Assembly: GCA_002633005.1 (NCBI GenBank)
Contig: NMRA01000102.1
Location: 602,345-666,344, forward strand
Length of the DNA: 64,000 bases
Direction: 5' to 3'
Origin: Phoronis australis
Taxonomy: Eukaryota; Animalia; Phoronida
Part shown: in pieces, positions 62,142 to 64,000 of the stretch
How positions within the stretch are numbered: position 1 is the first letter of the stretch
How the letters are laid out: each line of letters starts with the position of its first letter
Notes under the pieces: model-generated
The model's input: only the letters and a program-made list of their open reading frames with translations
Told to the model about the DNA's origin: nothing
The model's database searches: none
Made by a program: the position numbers and the translations under genes

Positions 62142-64000
62142 TAATTAGTTTGCTTCATCGACGAAATTTTATTACACGTAGTTTGCTTATTTGCCAGCAT
62201 TAGGTGGCACCCCTTTCAATGTCAACTACGCACCAGTACCCGGTACATCTGTGAAGCCCAAGTAATCAGATAATACTAAAATCAAGATGCATCAATCCAC
62301 CAAATTCAAGCACGTGCGATTCCCTCACCTAAACATGTGGGTGTGTGTATTGAATTTGAATATAAAATGAGATTAATTCCGATATCGCATCAGCTCAACA
62401 GAACTTGAATGCATAGCTACTTACATGTACTTGCTTAGTACAATTTTTATGCGCTATGCTTAATGATTTGATTAATTTGTTGACAGTTTTGTGAGAAAGG
62501 TGTCCAGTAAATTAATTGCATTTACCAAGTACTTAAACAGAACAAGGTGATCTAGAGCATAAATGTAGCATATGTTAATTTCAGACACACGGTGTATATG
62601 TACAGTATGAAACCTGTACGGACAACACGTACATGTATACACATACTTCTACTGACAAAGAATAAAAAGATTGACTTCAGTTATATGAGAATTTGGGAGT
62701 ATATCTTATTCCAGTATTTAGCGACCCTCACTTGATCGACCCTTCACGTGATCACGACAGAAATAAGATGATCATGAGACATTTACCGTAAATTTAACAT
62801 TTGGTCCTATAAAGGAAATGGATTTTTCTTAGTACAGTTTAACTTGACACTTGACCTTCCAGTTGACCCTGAATTTGATATGCATGCTTTAAAAAATTAA
62901 CACTAGAAATTGACTATACGTCACAAAAACACTCGTAACGGTATAGTGCAGGACCATATAAGTCATCATGTTCCAAAGATGAAAACTGGGCGAAAATCGA
63001 TATAGCTGATGGCGTCCTCTTCAATTATAAGAAATCATCTTCTTAATTTTGTTCTTCCAACACCATAATTCGTTTTCAAAAGAAAACATTAGAGTAAATC
63101 ACATTGCAGGGTCAACTTTTTGAAATCTATATTAATTCTTTGGCCTGTATGGAGCATCCAGATATTGAAACGAGATCAAAAGATGCATGCAGGTAGTACC
63201 CGAAGCCCGGCGAATAATCCTTCCTGCAACACCAGCGCTAATTTTGCATTGAAGTTTAACCCCGGCGCTAAACTGAGACCGGCATCGATAACCCGCCCAA
63301 AGTACAGGGCGAGGAAGCTTTCAACATCCGCTAATGCGCGACAAAAAGAAGAGTTTCAAGTGGTGTTGTTGCATTTAATGTAGCTTTTTGTTAGAAATGT
63401 AACACTTTCCAAATTAGTACTTACGATGAAATAAAAAACATCTACGTTTCAACATAACATTTGACCATATTATGAAAAAAAACACCCTTCACATCCTTCT
63501 TTTGGAGCTATCGCATGAGTCAAATTACGTCGTTTTTGCGCTCACGTGAAAGTAGACTTCCCATAGAGCTGACGCAGCCCCGTGACCGGCATTGCGTGCA
63601 GGGGGGGGGGGGGGGGGGGNACTTTGACATTACGCTAACTTCGATGCTGTAGACTTTTCGGTAAGGCTCTTGGCGCAGCTTGATTAGGGTGGAGGGAAAT
63701 CTGTATACACCACGATGACTCTCAGCTCTATGTTCCTGAGATGAGACGGAATTTGTAACACCAGCAATGAGGGTTATTCACTAAGAGCAGGGCTCAAATT
63801 CGAATGTAAAATGGTCCATAAAGAGAACGTACTCGTGTTACCTACTGCGAAACTTTCAAATCATTACCGGAAACTCGGACGGAAATGTTCAGTAGGAGAA
63901 TGACGACGAAATTTTTGATTTGGTTGTAGTTTTTGCGTTACTTAAATTGCTTACATCAACGGAAATAGGGACAGCCCACTATTCGGAAGGTTCAATCTTC

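Overview
AT-rich eukaryotic genomic DNA, most likely a marine invertebrate draft scaffold (N gaps at 43415-43711 and 57304-57346, single-N joins at 3474, 52613 and 63620), dominated by transposable elements. The only clear host gene is a minus-strand class-B, Methuselah-like 7TM receptor with a somatomedin-B ectodomain (50851-53762). It is apparently broken by a 724-bp false tandem duplication at a contig join. The centre holds a decayed ~14-kb TIR element of the P-element/THAP9 superfamily (18344-32557). Its transposase stops just after the catalytic core, and a separate, convergent three-exon gene encodes a C2H2 finger plus a P-transposase C-terminal-like domain. A young, intact Ty3/Gypsy retrotransposon sits inside it (18957-25051; 292-bp LTRs, tRNA-Lys PBS, -1 slippery site with pseudoknot). 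Also present are two Kolobok-type deletion derivatives, RTE and L2/Crack-type LINE relics, degenerate Gypsy relics, several MITEs and an 800-bp foldback. TACATGTA/TACAGTA motifs are in strong excess and behave like Tc1/mariner excision footprints. All alignments and counts were done by eye; family names come from recognised motifs, not database searches.
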